DNA of 64,000 nt from Paraspadella gotoi (lineage: Eukaryota; Animalia; Chaetognatha). How positions within the stretch are numbered: position 1 is the stretch's first letter; each line of letters opens with the position of its first letter. Position numbers and translations under genes: made by a program. Where the stretch lies: the NCBI GenBank assembly GCA_051294375.1, contig CM119271.1:2945061-3009060 (forward strand), written 5' to 3'. Shown here piece by piece: positions 41,204 to 53,387 of this stretch. The notes below the pieces were generated by a model. The model did no database searches and was not told the origin of the DNA. It saw only the letters and a list, made by a program, of their open reading frames with translations.

Positions 41204-44200
41204 AGAGAGAGAGAAGAGATGAAAGATACGAGAGAGAGAGAGATGAGACGAGAGATGGAGAGAGAGAGAGCAGAGAGAGACGAGAGATGAGAGAGGAAAT
41301 GAACGGTCAAGGACCGAAATAAGTGTGGAATAATTGACTTAATCGCCATTTTTGTTCCGGAAGATGACCTGAATTCTTTTTAAAAAAAGTGTTTAACCTT
41401 AGTTTTGTTGTCTCTCATCGAGGAAACTTACCTGGGGTTATTAGTTGTTCTTCTTTCTTGTAGTGTCAACAAATATTCTTAAAAAATAATTAAAATGACA
41501 AATTGGGCTCATTTCATGTTGAATCTCAATACTCATTTTTCGCGGTTTTGTTTTAGCCGCCTTTATTCGGCGGCGATTTCGCCAACCGACATACGCCAAG
41601 AGCAATAACATTGCCAAACTTAGTTTTCACTTTTGGGGGCGAGTTATAAATTCAGAAGCTGGTTTTTAAATATCTTACAAACTTAGTGACCGGAGAATTT
41701 TGAAAAAAACGGAAATTTGACTACAAACATCCGCCTTTGGTCACAAGTGGGGGATGGAAGGGGAAATCTAGAGCATAAAATGGGAAGCGGGGATCAGAGA
41801 AGTAAGGGTTATTGGAAAGAAGAAAGAGATTGAAAGTGATTAGAAGTGTAGAGGAGGCGGGATCAAGAAGGGAAGGGTGGTGATAGGAAATAAAGAATGA
41901 AAGAGATAGAGACAGTGATGAGGGGAAGAGGGGATCAGAGAAGGGGAAGGTGTGATTTAGAAAGGCAAGTGAGATTAGCAGACAGTTGATGAGGTGGAAA
42001 AGCGGGGATTCAAGAAGGAAGGAGGGTGATTAGGAAGGAAGTGAGCATAGAGAAGTGATGAGGAAAAGCGGGATCAGGAGAAGGGAAGGGGTGATTAGGA
42101 AAGGGGAAGAAGATGATAGAAAGTTGATAGGAAAGCGGGGTCAGAGAAGGTAAGGGTTGTGTATTAGGAAGGAAGTAAGAGATATGAGAAGTGTCATGAT
42201 GGCGACAGCGGGGGATCAGAGAAGAAGGTGGGATTAGGAAAAGACGGGAGAGATAAGAGAAGGTGATTGAGGAAAGCGATCAGAGAAGGGAAGGGCGGTG
42301 ATTAAGAAAGAGAAGAGATAGGGAAGTGCATGAGGGAAGCGTGGGATCAGAGAAGGGAAGGGGATTAGGAAAAGAAGAATAAGATGAGAAGTGAAGAGGG
42401 AAAGCAGGGGATCAAAAAAGGAAAGGTGGATTAAGAAAGAAAGAGATAAAGAATGTGAAGAGGGAAAGCGAGGGATCAGAGAAGGGAAGGGTGTGATTAG
42501 GAAAGAAGAAGAGAATTTGCAGAAGTGAAAGAGGGAAAGCGGGGGATCCAGAAGAAGGAAGGGGATTTAGGAAAGAAAAGAATAAAGAAGTGAAGAGGGA
42601 AAAGCGGGGATCGAGAAGGAAGGGTGATTAGGAAAAGAAGAGAGATGATGAAGTAAGAGGAAATGCGGAGGGATCAGAGAAAGGGTAAGGTCTCTCTCTT
42701 NNNNNNNNNNNNNNNNNNNNNNNNNNNNNNNNNNNNNNNNNNNNNNNNNNNNNNNNNNNNNNNNNNNNNNNNNNNNNNNNNNNNNNNNNNNNNNNNNNNN
42801 CCCCGCCACGCCCACCTTTCCCATTCCCAGGCGACCCCAAGGCCTCGTCCCCTTCCACAGCCTGGTCCTCCGCCTGCAAGCGCGGATGTCCCAAAGTCTA
42901 CAGTCCAGTCTGCGGTTCCGACGGAGTCACCTACTTCAACTCCTGTCGCCTGTCGATCGCTCACTGCGACGCCCGTCGGCCTGGCGGCGGTTGGGGCGGC
43001 CGCCTGATAGTCGCCGCTCGCAAGGGGCGATGCGACGCGCCCACGGGGGCGGGGCGCCGGAGGAGGTAGAGGAGGAGGAGGAGGAGGAGGAGGCGACGGA
43101 AGGAGAGACAGTGTCCATGAAAAAGTCTTCAGGGACGAAGACGATCTTATTCAAGTCTGTAATCGCGACCATAACGACGACGACTACTACGACCATATAC
43201 GAGAATATGTCAGTAATCATGACCATAACGACGACGACGACAACGACCAAAACAATGATGACGACGACGACGACGACGTCGAAAAAGTCAACGACGTCAA
43301 AAAAATTTGTGATTTTTTTTTAAATTTTTTTCTTTTCGGCAAAAGAGAAAAAATTAAAAGGAAAACGAATGTGATTTTTCTGATTTCGTTTTTTCTGTCG
43401 TTTTGAAAAAAAAAAATCGAAACCTTTTAACTTCTTCTTTGCCTTACCGTCGTCACAGACAACTTTTGTCCAACTCTTTCCACCTTTCTTTACTTAATCT
43501 CTTCCTCACCCTCTCCCCCCCTCACATAACTTCTCTTTCCCCCCCCCCTATCTCCAACTGCCCCCCCTCTTCTCTCTTCTGTCACGTTTGTGCTTCGGCC
43601 GGTTCCCCCCCACGAGAGTCTTCGACTACGGAATTCTGTCAAATTTTTTTTCTTTTTTGAAAATTTGTTTTCGTTGCTATATATTAAGGGCTGCGCATAG
43701 CGTTTGAAATTCGAAGCTCCGATCAAAGGATTCTTTAATAGTTATCACATTCTATTTCAAAACTTGCATAGTCAAGGCCCATATAAATTATATTCAATAT
43801 GGTAGATTTCGAAAGCTTGCGTCTTGGGAAGCCAACGAAGGTAGAAAGCGCCATCGAAATTCCATTTTAATCATGGCCCAAAAATTTGGGATATTAAAAT
43901 GAACTGGTCAGGCCGGGTTTTTTTTTTTCCCTTTTCCCAAAAACCTGCTTAGATCTTTTTGTAAATTTTAGAACAAATCAATGACATATCAGTGACGAGT
44001 TTCGGATAGCTTATGAGTGCTTCTCTAAACGCACAGATATAACAAAAAAAGAAAATTTAAAAATCTTCAGCAAATCATCATTGCTATGAATAAAGCAATC
44101 ACATGACGTGGTTTTATTAGGTGAAAACTGCATAGTCAAGCCTTCCAATTTTTTTTTTGTTCTAAAGACGCCATCGGCAAAGAAACTTGTATGTGGTTTG

Positions 44201-47200
44201 TTTATACTATGCAGTGTTTGCAGGGTAGAAGCGCGAAGGGGTAAATTTAGGAGGGAGGTTTATATTAAATTTTAGGAGGCAAATAGAAAGGATATCAAAG
44301 TTTTTGCACGCTAAAAGCTTTTCTTAAAGCGCGTTCCGGTCTGTATTGGAAAATGGTTGACGTAAGATTATCCAATGAGGACAAATGCGAATTAAAAAGT
44401 AAAGCGATGATGCAGATAGCGCGCGATCCGGCCAGATAGAATACCATAATTTCAACAAACCATGGCTTTTACCCCAGTATTATTTACAGTTTTAGAACGA
44501 CAGTCTGTATGAAATTAGTTTATTTGAAATTTCACGCCCAGGCGTCGATATCTGGCGTTGCCTAGGCCGGTACGTTTGTCCCTTGTTTAGTCTCACTCTT
44601 TATTCTTACTCTGCTTGAAAGAACATTAATTATTGTATGTGATAGTGAACAAAACCGTTCACATAAAATCTTAAAAAGCATATAGGGATCGAGGCCTACT
44701 TTTAATAGATAACCAATATTGATGCGATGAATACCAAGAGTATTGATGAGATGAATCAACCAAAGTAGTGATGCGAAGAGATACCGAAGGATTGGATCGC
44801 GAGTGATTAACTGCGCATGATGATCGAATGAAAATAGTGCATTCCCATTGAATGCCGATGATAAAATCATATCATTGAATGCGATGATAGTCCTCATCAT
44901 GATGATCGGAATGATAATCATTCATATTGATGTGATGACGAGTCATTACATATGACGTTGACGTAGACTTTGAAAAAAGCATGTATATTTTAAAAAAGTA
45001 ATGCCTACTTTTTTTGAAGAAATGCAAACTTTTTTTCAAAGTATGCAATACTATTTTTGCCAAAAAGTATGGCAAATAACTTTTTTCAAAAGTAATGCAT
45101 ACTTTTTCAAAAAGTAATGCATAACTTTTCTTTAAAATATGCATACTAATTTTGAAAAAGTAAATGCAATACTTTTTTTGAAGGTAATGCAGTACTTTTT
45201 TAAAAATATGCATACTTTTTTTTTCAGAGTAATGCATACTTTTTTTTCAAAGTATGCGCATACTTTTTTGCAAAATGTATGCATACTAAGGCGTAGATAA
45301 ACGATTTCTAGAATTTACTTTAATTAAAATTCTAAAAAGCTGAGGGAACAGAACAACATTATAAGCTAATAGGAACATTTATGTAAAAAAAATTTAAATA
45401 AATTTTACCAAATTTATAGCAGTAGGGCCTATAAATTATACTAGTGACTTAACCATAAAATTGTTTAAGAAGATTTGCAAAACAGTTTTATTTCTTAAGG
45501 ATTTTTGGGCAGATTTAGACTTCATAGCATAAAAAAGTGTGATAAAAAAGAAAATAACTCTTTTGAAAAATTCCTTCATTAAGTAGGTCAAAAATTAGAG
45601 CTATATTTGTCTAGCTGAAAATTAACTTTTTAATATATTAAAGTATAGTTTTTTTTAATGTTTTTAAGACCAGCACTATAATTGAAAAAGGACTTTTTAA
45701 AAAATGATTTATTATCTTCTTTTATCACTTTTGACGAGGAACGTTCAATCTGCAATGCAAAAATTAAGAAAGCCTATTTTTGTAATTTTTCCGAAGGTTA
45801 TAAGGGATAGTAACTATATATAAAGTATAGCTACTGCGAAAATGTAAAACAACAAAAAAGTAATTTTTTTTTTACAAATTAAATATTCACTGAATGGTAT
45901 GATTGTGTCAATAATTTGGGACTTTTCAGAATAGTTTCGTGATGGTAAACCGTTTCAAGACATACGGCGCCTTAATTGCATACATTTGTTTCTTTGCGAA
46001 AAGTATGGCATACTTTTTTCAAAGTAATAGCCATACTTTTTGGAAGTAATGGAGCAATACTTTGTTTACAAGAGTAAGTAGGGATAACCTGGTTTTTAAA
46101 AGTAATGCATACTTTTTTGAAAGTATGGGCCATAACTTTTTTTATAATATGCATATTTTTTTCAAGTGATGGCATTCTTTTTTCCAGTATGCAATAAATT
46201 TTTTATGAAAGTAGTGCATGAACGTTGATTTTATGAACGCTAGACATACTTTTTTCAAGTATGCATGACTTTTTTCAAAGTGATGCATAACTTTATTTTA
46301 CAAAGTATGACAGCATACTTTTTTCATAGTTGCATCTGTTTTTGAGTATGCATACTTTTTTTTAAAAAATAATGGCTAATTGATTTTTCAAAAGTATGGC
46401 ATACTTTTTTCAAAGTATGCATACTTTTTTGAAGTAATGGTCATACTCTTTTTTGAAAATTATCGCATAGATTTTTTCGCAAATTAGCAATACTTTTTTC
46501 CAAAGTAATGCATACCTTTTTCCAAAGTATGCATACTTTTCAAAGTATGGGCTATACTATTTTTTCAAAGGTGATGCATACTGTTTTCAAAAGGTATAGG
46601 CATACTTTTTTCAAATAGTGATGCCATACTTTGTGGTTCAAAGTATGTGGCAATACTTTTTTCAAGTATGGCATACTTATTTAGGTATGCATACTTTTTT
46701 TTGAAGTATGGCATACTTTTTATTTGTAAAATATAGCATATTTTTTTGTCAAAGTTGCATACTTTTTTCAAAGTAATGGCATAACTTTTAGTGAAGTATC
46801 GGCAATACTTTTTTTAAAATCATGACATACTATTTTTTTTCCAAATTATGTCAGGCATGACTTTTGTTCAAAAGTATAGACATAACTAAACTTTTTTCAA
46901 AAGTAGGCCATACTTTTTTGAAAATATGCATACTTTTTTTTAAATATGCATAAATTTTTCAAAGTATGCATACTTTTGTATCAAAGTATATGCCATACTT
47001 TTTTTAAAAATATGACGCCATAACTATTTTTGTTTCAAAAAGTAATGCCATACTATTTTTTGTCCAAGAAGTATGACATAACTTTTTTTAAAAGTACATG
47101 CATACTTGTTTTCAAAAGTAAGTGCATACTTTTTTTTCTCAAGTAATGGATACTTATTCTTCAACGTTGCAATACTTTATTTCGTCAACTTGCAATACTC

Positions 47201-50098
47201 TCTTTCTCAACCTTCGCATACCTGTTTTTCAACTTGGATAGCTTGTTTTTTTCGCAAAACCATTGCATAACCATTGTTTTCCAACTTGGCAATGCATGCC
47301 GTTTTCAACATTTGGAACACTAAGTGCTTTGTTCAACTATGCAGTAATGCTTTTTCAACCTCGTGCAATATCTTTTTCAACTTGCATAATCTTTTTTAAC
47401 TGATTACCGCTAATTTATCTAGTCCAAATGCCGGACAACATTGTAGTTTTCCAAAACTTGTTTTATAATAACATAACGCGGTCACTCTCACGCATACTGC
47501 AACAATTTTATATATTCAACCATCGTCAATCAATCATCTAGTATTAATTAATTTTATTTCATCTGCATCAATTTAAACTTACAAATTATCGAATCATTAT
47601 CTTTAATTATCAGTTTTAATTGCTATCTACAATATTAAAATCTGTTATCCATAATTAAAATGATTCAAAAATGAAAAATGTAATGTTGAAGTGACGATAG
47701 TGATTTTTAATACATTGAATGTAACGAATACTGATTGAGTTAGTTGTTTTAAAAAATCGTAGTTTTGGGCTGGTAGAGATCAGTCAATACTACTTTCCAA
47801 TTTTAAATGTATTTCTTTGGAAGCTCCTTGCTCTTTTCCCCTTTGCTTATTATATCTGTTATAGATTAAATGTAAATCTTTTGTGCATTAATTTTTGCTA
47901 AGGAATTTTTTTCCGGGGCTTCGCTTATTCTATTTTCCTCATTATGAGCCCGGTTAGCCCAGCATAATCGGGCTATTAATCGTCTTAAAGTTAGTACTTT
48001 AACGCGTAGTTCAAATCCATTATTGGAGTCAAAACGAGTTCGATTTACAGCGAAAGTTATCGATTTGAAGCGCGATTTTCGCGAACTGTTTTAATTGCCA
48101 TAAATGATAACTTTTGAACGGATTATCCGATTTTTAATGAAGATTTTTTGCATATGAGGATAGTAATTTTTAAATTCCCTATCGGTCGGTAACCCGAAAT
48201 TATATTTTAAAATATTGCAATGAGTTTAGAAACGATGGTCACATGCCCCTAATATATTTATATATTGAAACATGTAGCATCTGCTAATTAAAAAAAATAG
48301 AGGTGACATTTTCTATCCTAAACGATTTTTTTTTTTATTATTATTATTTTTTGTCGTCGCTAATTAAGCGTTTGGTCCGACTAGAAATGTAGGAATTAAA
48401 AATTATACATAACTAACTGGGTATAGTTTCTTATATAGATGTAAAGATCTTTTAATTTGATAACAAAGTGAGCTATATTTTGCGAGCACACATTTAGCGA
48501 GTGGGTTCATTCCAAATAGATTATCGAATAATCATCAGGAGAAAAAAATCACGCATTAAAAAAAAAGGATTCATTAGCTCAACGTTTCAATGTAGACGAA
48601 AGGCGGTTTTGAAATTCGCCGCCCAAAGCGAAGAATTAGATCGATGACTAAATGAAAACGAATTAAAATGAACAAACGAACATCGAATGAAATTCACGAA
48701 GACTTTTCTTTTTTTTAATCTCTCTGCAACTTTGTCTCTCCTTTTTTTCATTTTTTTTTNNNNNNNNNNNNNNNNNNNNNNNNNTCTCTTTTTCCCCCCT
48801 CATCAAAAATCACTCTCTCTCTCTCCCTATTTTTCCGAATCACTCTACTCACAATTTACCCCCTTCTTTTTTTATCCCCCCCCTATCACTCCCACCCTCT
48901 CTCCCCAATTCCATCCCCCATCCCCCAAAAAACCCCCAGCCAAAGCCTTCCCCCTTTCCCCAGCCTGCTTCCGCGTCTGCCCGCGCGCCTACCGCCCAAT
49001 CTGCGGCAGCGACGGCCGCACCTACGGCAACGCCTGTCTCTAGAAGCGGCGCGCTGCGGCTCCAAGCTAACGTCCGGCGCCACGGTCTACGCGGTCCGGC
49101 GCGGCTTTTGCGGACGCGGGACCGACGACGCCGTAGATTTCGTCAACGTCGGCCTCCGCAGGGAAAACAATCGCCTTCCCGTATGGCGGAGCAGCGGCGG
49201 CGGTGGCGGGGCCGCGGATTCGGGATTGGGCCGCTTCGCCAAGAGGCTCGCCGAGCTGCGTCTCAGTTGGGGCGATCCAGTCTCCAATCGAGTGTGGCAG
49301 CCAGTGGCGGCGGCGGGAGGCGGCGGCGGCGGTTGGTGGCGCGCTGCGACGGAAGCGTCGAGAAATAAGTTGGCGCGAGAACAGAAGTTGAAAGCTGGGA
49401 TCGGAAGAAGGTGATGGTGATGGTGATGTTGCTGATGATGCAGTAAGGTCGTTGCTGTTGTCGTTGGAGCCTTCAAAGGATCTTGGATGAAATTGTTAAG
49501 TGAATGTTTAAATCATTGAATTTTTAAAAACTCGTAATTGTGTGAAACATAACGTATAATGTGGCATGGTCAAACTCAGCTCGTCCCATAGCTTTGTTAA
49601 CTAAGTACTCGTTTTATTAAGTATGAGCACACCAGTGATACTGCAGGTCAAAAGCCCTAAGCGTCAGCAGTCGGGAGCTGCTTCCCACCCATGGCATCAC
49701 ACCTGACCCCCCCCCCGTTGCCATTGCAACATTATAACAATAAGTTCAGTATGATTATTTCAAAACTTAAATTTCTAAGCTTTCTCTTAGTGAACTTACC
49801 TTGCCCCTCTCCCACCCCGATATCCCTCACCCCCGCCATGCCACCTTTCCCATTCCCAGGCGACCCCAAGGCCTCGTCCCCTTCCACAGCCTGGTCCTCT
49901 GCCTGCAAGCGCGGATGTCCCAAAGTCTACAGTCCCGTCTGCGGATCCGACGGAGTCACCTACTTCAACTCCTGTCGCCTGTCGATCGCTCACTGCGACG
50001 CCCGTCGGCCTGGCGGCGGTTGGGGCGGCCGCCTGATAGTCGCCGCTCGCAAGGGCGATGGCGACGCGCCCACGGGGGCGGGGCGACGGAGGAGGTAG
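38593..50098 (+). CDS. Secreted Kazal-type serine protease inhibitor (two Kazal domains)
   Basis: Kazal exons: 48964-~49410 ([30 protein letters not shown]...RRGFC, one 1-bp deletion near 49041) and 49860-50098 (CKRGCPKVYSPVCGSDGVTYFNSCRLSIAHC...). The likely 5' exons are inferred from strand and phase only: signal-peptide exon 38593-38653 (MRRLVSQKLRFLLFLLVFSV, GTAAG donor), 39771-~39882 and 40271-40363. Confidence 0.75.
39885..40010 (+). repeat. Degenerate interstitial TTAGGG-like tract
   Basis: Several exact ttaggg hexamers interleaved with variants (ttagga, taaagg, ttagtg). Confidence 0.6.
41760..42690 (+). repeat. Purine-rich tandem repeat, unit ~65-70 bp, ~14 copies
   Basis: aaagcggg(g)gatcagagaagggaaggg..tgattaggaaa recurs near 41790, 41860, 41930, 42005, 42070, 42140, 42210, 42280, 42345, 42410, 42475, 42545, 42608 and 42670. 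Confidence 0.85.
42831..43069 (+). CDS. Second copy of the terminal Kazal exon (intact reading, ends RKGRCDAPTGAGRRRR*)
   Basis: Near-identical to 49860-50098, CAG acceptor at 42828-42830, all six Kazal cysteines in frame. Confidence 0.8.
44965..47400. repeat. Tandem array of ~20-22 bp palindromic units (AAAAAGTATGCATACTTTTT), split by a nested insertion
   Basis: Dozens of degenerate caaagtatgcatactttttt copies at 44965-45286 and 45975-47150, drifting to caacttgcaatacttttt at 47150-47400. The consensus is its own reverse complement. Confidence 0.85.
45287..45974. mobile_element. Nested MITE-like element (~690 bp) inside the palindromic array
   Basis: Begins TAAGGCGTAGATAAACGATTT. The right end reverse-complements to TAAGGCGCCGTATGTCTTGAAACGGTTT. 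The satellite resumes immediately on both sides. Confidence 0.55.
49560..49731 (-). mobile_element. Short (172 bp) solo-LTR-like element in a Kazal gene intron
   Basis: TGTGGCATGG...CCATTGCAACA termini; flanks gtataa / ttataa (5 of 6 match, TSD-like); AATAAA on the minus strand near 49613-49618; related copies at ~15905-15955 (and its duplicate at 11283-11330) and 37711-37790. Confidence 0.55.
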
Positions 50099-51178
50099 AG
50101 GAGGAGGAGTAGGAAGAGGAGGCGACAACGACCATAACGACGACGACGACAACGACCAATGATGACGACGACGACGACGTCGAAAAAGTCAACGACGTCA
50201 AAAAAATTTGTGATTTTTTTTTCTTTTTTCTTTTTTCTTTTTGCAAAAAAAATTAAAAAAACGAATGTGATTTTTCTGATTTCGTTTTTCTGTCGTTTTG
50301 AAAAAAAAAAATCGAAACCTTTTAATCTTCTTATTGTCTTAATTGTCAAATTGTCTTTTTTATTTCAGAAAAAAAAAAATTCTTCTTTGCCTTACCTCAA
50401 CTTTCCCTCCCACCTTCTTTACTTATCTTCCTCACCTCTCCCCCCCTCACTAACTTCTCTTTCCCCCCCCTTCTCCCTCCCCCTCTTCTCTCTTCTGTCA
50501 CGTTGTGCTTCGGCCGTTTCCCCCCCACGAGAGTCTTCGACTACGGAATTCTGTCAAATATTTTTTTCTTTTTTGAAAATTTGTTTTCGTTGCTATATAT
50601 TATATATTGAAACATGTAGCATCTGCTAATTAAAAAAAATAGAGGTGACATTTTCTATCCTAAACGATTTTTTTTTTTTTATTATTATTATTTTTTGTCG
50701 TCGCTAATTAAGCGTTTGGTCCGACTAGAAATTAGGAATTAAAAATCATACATAACTAACTGGGTCTAGTTTCTTATATAGATGTAAAGATCTTTTAATT
50801 TGATAACAAAGTGAGCTATATTTTGCGAGCACACATTTAGCGAGTGGGTTCATTCCAAATAGATTATCGAATAATCATCAAGATAAAAGAATCACGCATT
50901 AAAAAAAAAAAAGGATTCATTAGCTCAACGTTTCAATGTAGACGAAAGGCGGTTTTGAAATTCGCCGCCCAAAGCGAAGAATTAGATCGATGACTAAATG
51001 AAAACGAATTAAAATGAACAAACGAACATCGAATGAAATTCACGAAGACTTCTTTTTTTAATCTCTCTGCAACTTTGTCTCTCCTTTTTTCCTTTTTTTT
51101 TCCCCTATTTCCCTTTTTTTTTGTGGCGAAAATGAGTTGATTGAGTTAATCGAGGAAATCCGCCACAAAAGCCGGTCG

Positions 51179-51236
<58 letters not shown>

Positions 51237-51240
<4 letters not shown>

Positions 51241-53051
51241 TTCCGTTCCAAATCGGCAATCAACCGTCTCAAAGCGGAGAGTCGCTCAAATCCAGCCTCC
51301 GTTTCCTAGAAGAAAAAATTATAAAGAGAAAATTAGATAATGGATTGGACAGGGAGAAGGGAAGGAGGGAGAGAGGGGGGGAGAGAGAGAGAGAGAGAGA
51401 GTGAAAAGTAATTAAAAAGGAGAGAAAAAAGTCAAAAATAGAGAAAAAAAAAGTAAAGAAGAGAAAATTGCAAATTAGTTCTTCTTAGAAGAAAGGTTTT
51501 CTTTTAAAACGGGAGAATCGAGAGGGCGGAAAGATAAAAAAAAAAAAGGAAGAAGAAAATTAGAGGAGAAAAAAGGAGAAAATGAAAGAAAATTAAAGGG
51601 AAAAAAAGAGAGAGGAAAATAAACAGAAAAAGGGAGAAAGAAAAATGCTTTCATTTTTTTTACTGGTTTTTTCCCCCTTTCTTTAAAGATTTTTGCGCTC
51701 GAGTCGGTCAGTCGATCAGTTAATAAGTCAGTCAGTCCGTCTGGTTGTTAGTTGATCAATGATCATTATTTAATCGTTTCTCAATATTTCGCCTTTTAAT
51801 AGCAAAATGTATTTTAAAGGTTTAGATAAACGTGAAAAAAATGATAATTAACTTATGCATTATGTTAAACTGAAAAAAAAAGGGAAAACCAAAAACCACA
51901 AACGAACGTCAAACTCAAAGGTCATGAAATGTGGGAACAAAAATCCATATTTCATTCGGAAGATCAAATCTGCTACTCAAGACCTCGAACCTCGAACCTC
52001 GAACCTCGAACCCCGAACCCCGAACCCCCAACCTCGAACCTCGTACAGACACAACTCAAATTCCGAACTGAATATTTTATAATATTTCGACTTTCCCTTA
52101 GCCTGACCTCTCAATTCGAGAAACCGAAAACTTACCGTGTCTTTCTTATAAGGCCTCACCCCCATGAATCTCGGTTTCCCTTCTCGCGATTCCATCTGAA
52201 AACGAAATCAAGAGACGGAACGTGAAACGGGTTGGAGATTTCACTGAAATAAAAAAATCACGTCCTTTCGTTTTATTCACATTTTTTTTCGGGCGAGGCT
52301 ATAGATCACGACGAATAATATTTCATTGTGTTTAGTATTTCAATTTCGTTGCGTTTGATATTAGATTAGATTATTTTATAAATGTTTACAAACAAAGACT
52401 TTTTTTCTTTTTAAAATGGGCACGTTTCGGCTTTCTTTTCGGCCTTATTAATAGCCTGCTTGAGAGCCTACTTCCGTTATTGTGGCTTTTTTAATCTTTG
52501 AAACAAAAGGACGCTTAGTTTGGCGTTAGACATTTAAGTTAAGTTTGGTGTGAAATTACTTCTCTTCTCTTCCATCATTGTAACCGTGATTACCTCTCTT
52601 TGAGCTAAAGAGTTTGCAACGTCGCCGTCGTCGTCGTCGTCGTTCATCCAATTATTTCTTAGACTTCGTCGAAAAGGAATTCCTGGTGAAAAGGAGAAGT
52701 AAAAGAAGAAGAGGAAAGAAAAGAAAAGAGAAGTAAAAGAAAAAAGGAAAAACGAGAGAAAGGAAAAAAAAAAAGAAAAGAGAAGTAAAATAAAAAAGGA
52801 AAAAAGAAAATAAAAAAATGGGGGGAAAAGTGAAAAAGAAAGGAAAAGAACAAAAAAGAAAGAAATAAAAAGAAAGAGAAAGAATAAAAAAGAGAAAAAG
52901 AGAGAAAAAAGAAAAAAAAAGAAAGAAAAAGAAAGAAAAGGAAAGAAAGGAAAGAAAAAGAATAAAAAAGAGAAAAAAAAAATAAAAAAAAATAAAAAGA
53001 ATAAAAAAGTAAATTAAATAAAATTTAATAGATAAAAAATTCTCTCTCTAC

Positions 53052-53105
<54 letters not shown>

Positions 53106-53159
53106 TGATGAGTAAACGATGAGAGAGGCGACGATTAAAAGGTAGAGGGAGGTCGTCAT
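51237..53159 (-). CDS. Small secreted neuropeptide-like precursor, 90 aa, four exons
   Basis: Exons 53159-53105, 52682-52594, 52195-52136 and 51305-51237, all with canonical AG/GT sites and matching phases (1,0,0). Translation: MTTSLYLLIVASLIVYSSG-IPFRRSLRNNWMNDDDDDGDVANSLAQREMESR-EGKPRFMGVRPY-KK-DTETEAGFERLSALRRLIADLERN*. It has a signal peptide, acidic spacers and basic cleavage sites. Confidence 0.8.
51982..52043 (+). repeat. 7-bp tandem repeat (ACCTCGA/ACCCCGA)n, intronic
   Basis: acctcgaacctcgaacctcgaacctcgaaccccgaaccccgaacccccaacctcgaacctcg. Confidence 0.85.
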
Positions 53160-53300
53160 ATTTGCAGTCGGTTGTCTTGTTGTTGTCCCGAACAAAAGAG
53201 CAAAACTTGCGAAATCTGGAGATTTTCGAGGCGTCGACGAGCGGTTTGGAGTGGTGGAGGACGAGGACACGAGGAGAAACTGTCTCGGGAAAAAATATAT

Positions 53301-53387
<87 letters not shown>

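Larger units (their letters stand above)
43685..48251. mobile_element. ~4.6 kb non-autonomous TIR DNA transposon-like insertion
   Basis: Its flanks (42801-43684 and 48252-48740) are contiguous in the second copy at 49830-51090, with the empty site tgctatatattatatattgaaac at ~50591. Ends TAAGGGCTGCGCATAGCGTTTGAAATTC and revcomp TAGGGGCATGTGACCATCGTTTCTAAACTC form imperfect TIRs. Approximate 7-8 bp AT-rich TSD. No transposase ORF seen. Confidence 0.7.

Noticed and set aside
44965-47400. CRISPR array
   Set aside because: The palindromic units are head-to-tail with no unique spacers, there are no cas genes, and the context is eukaryotic and intron-rich.
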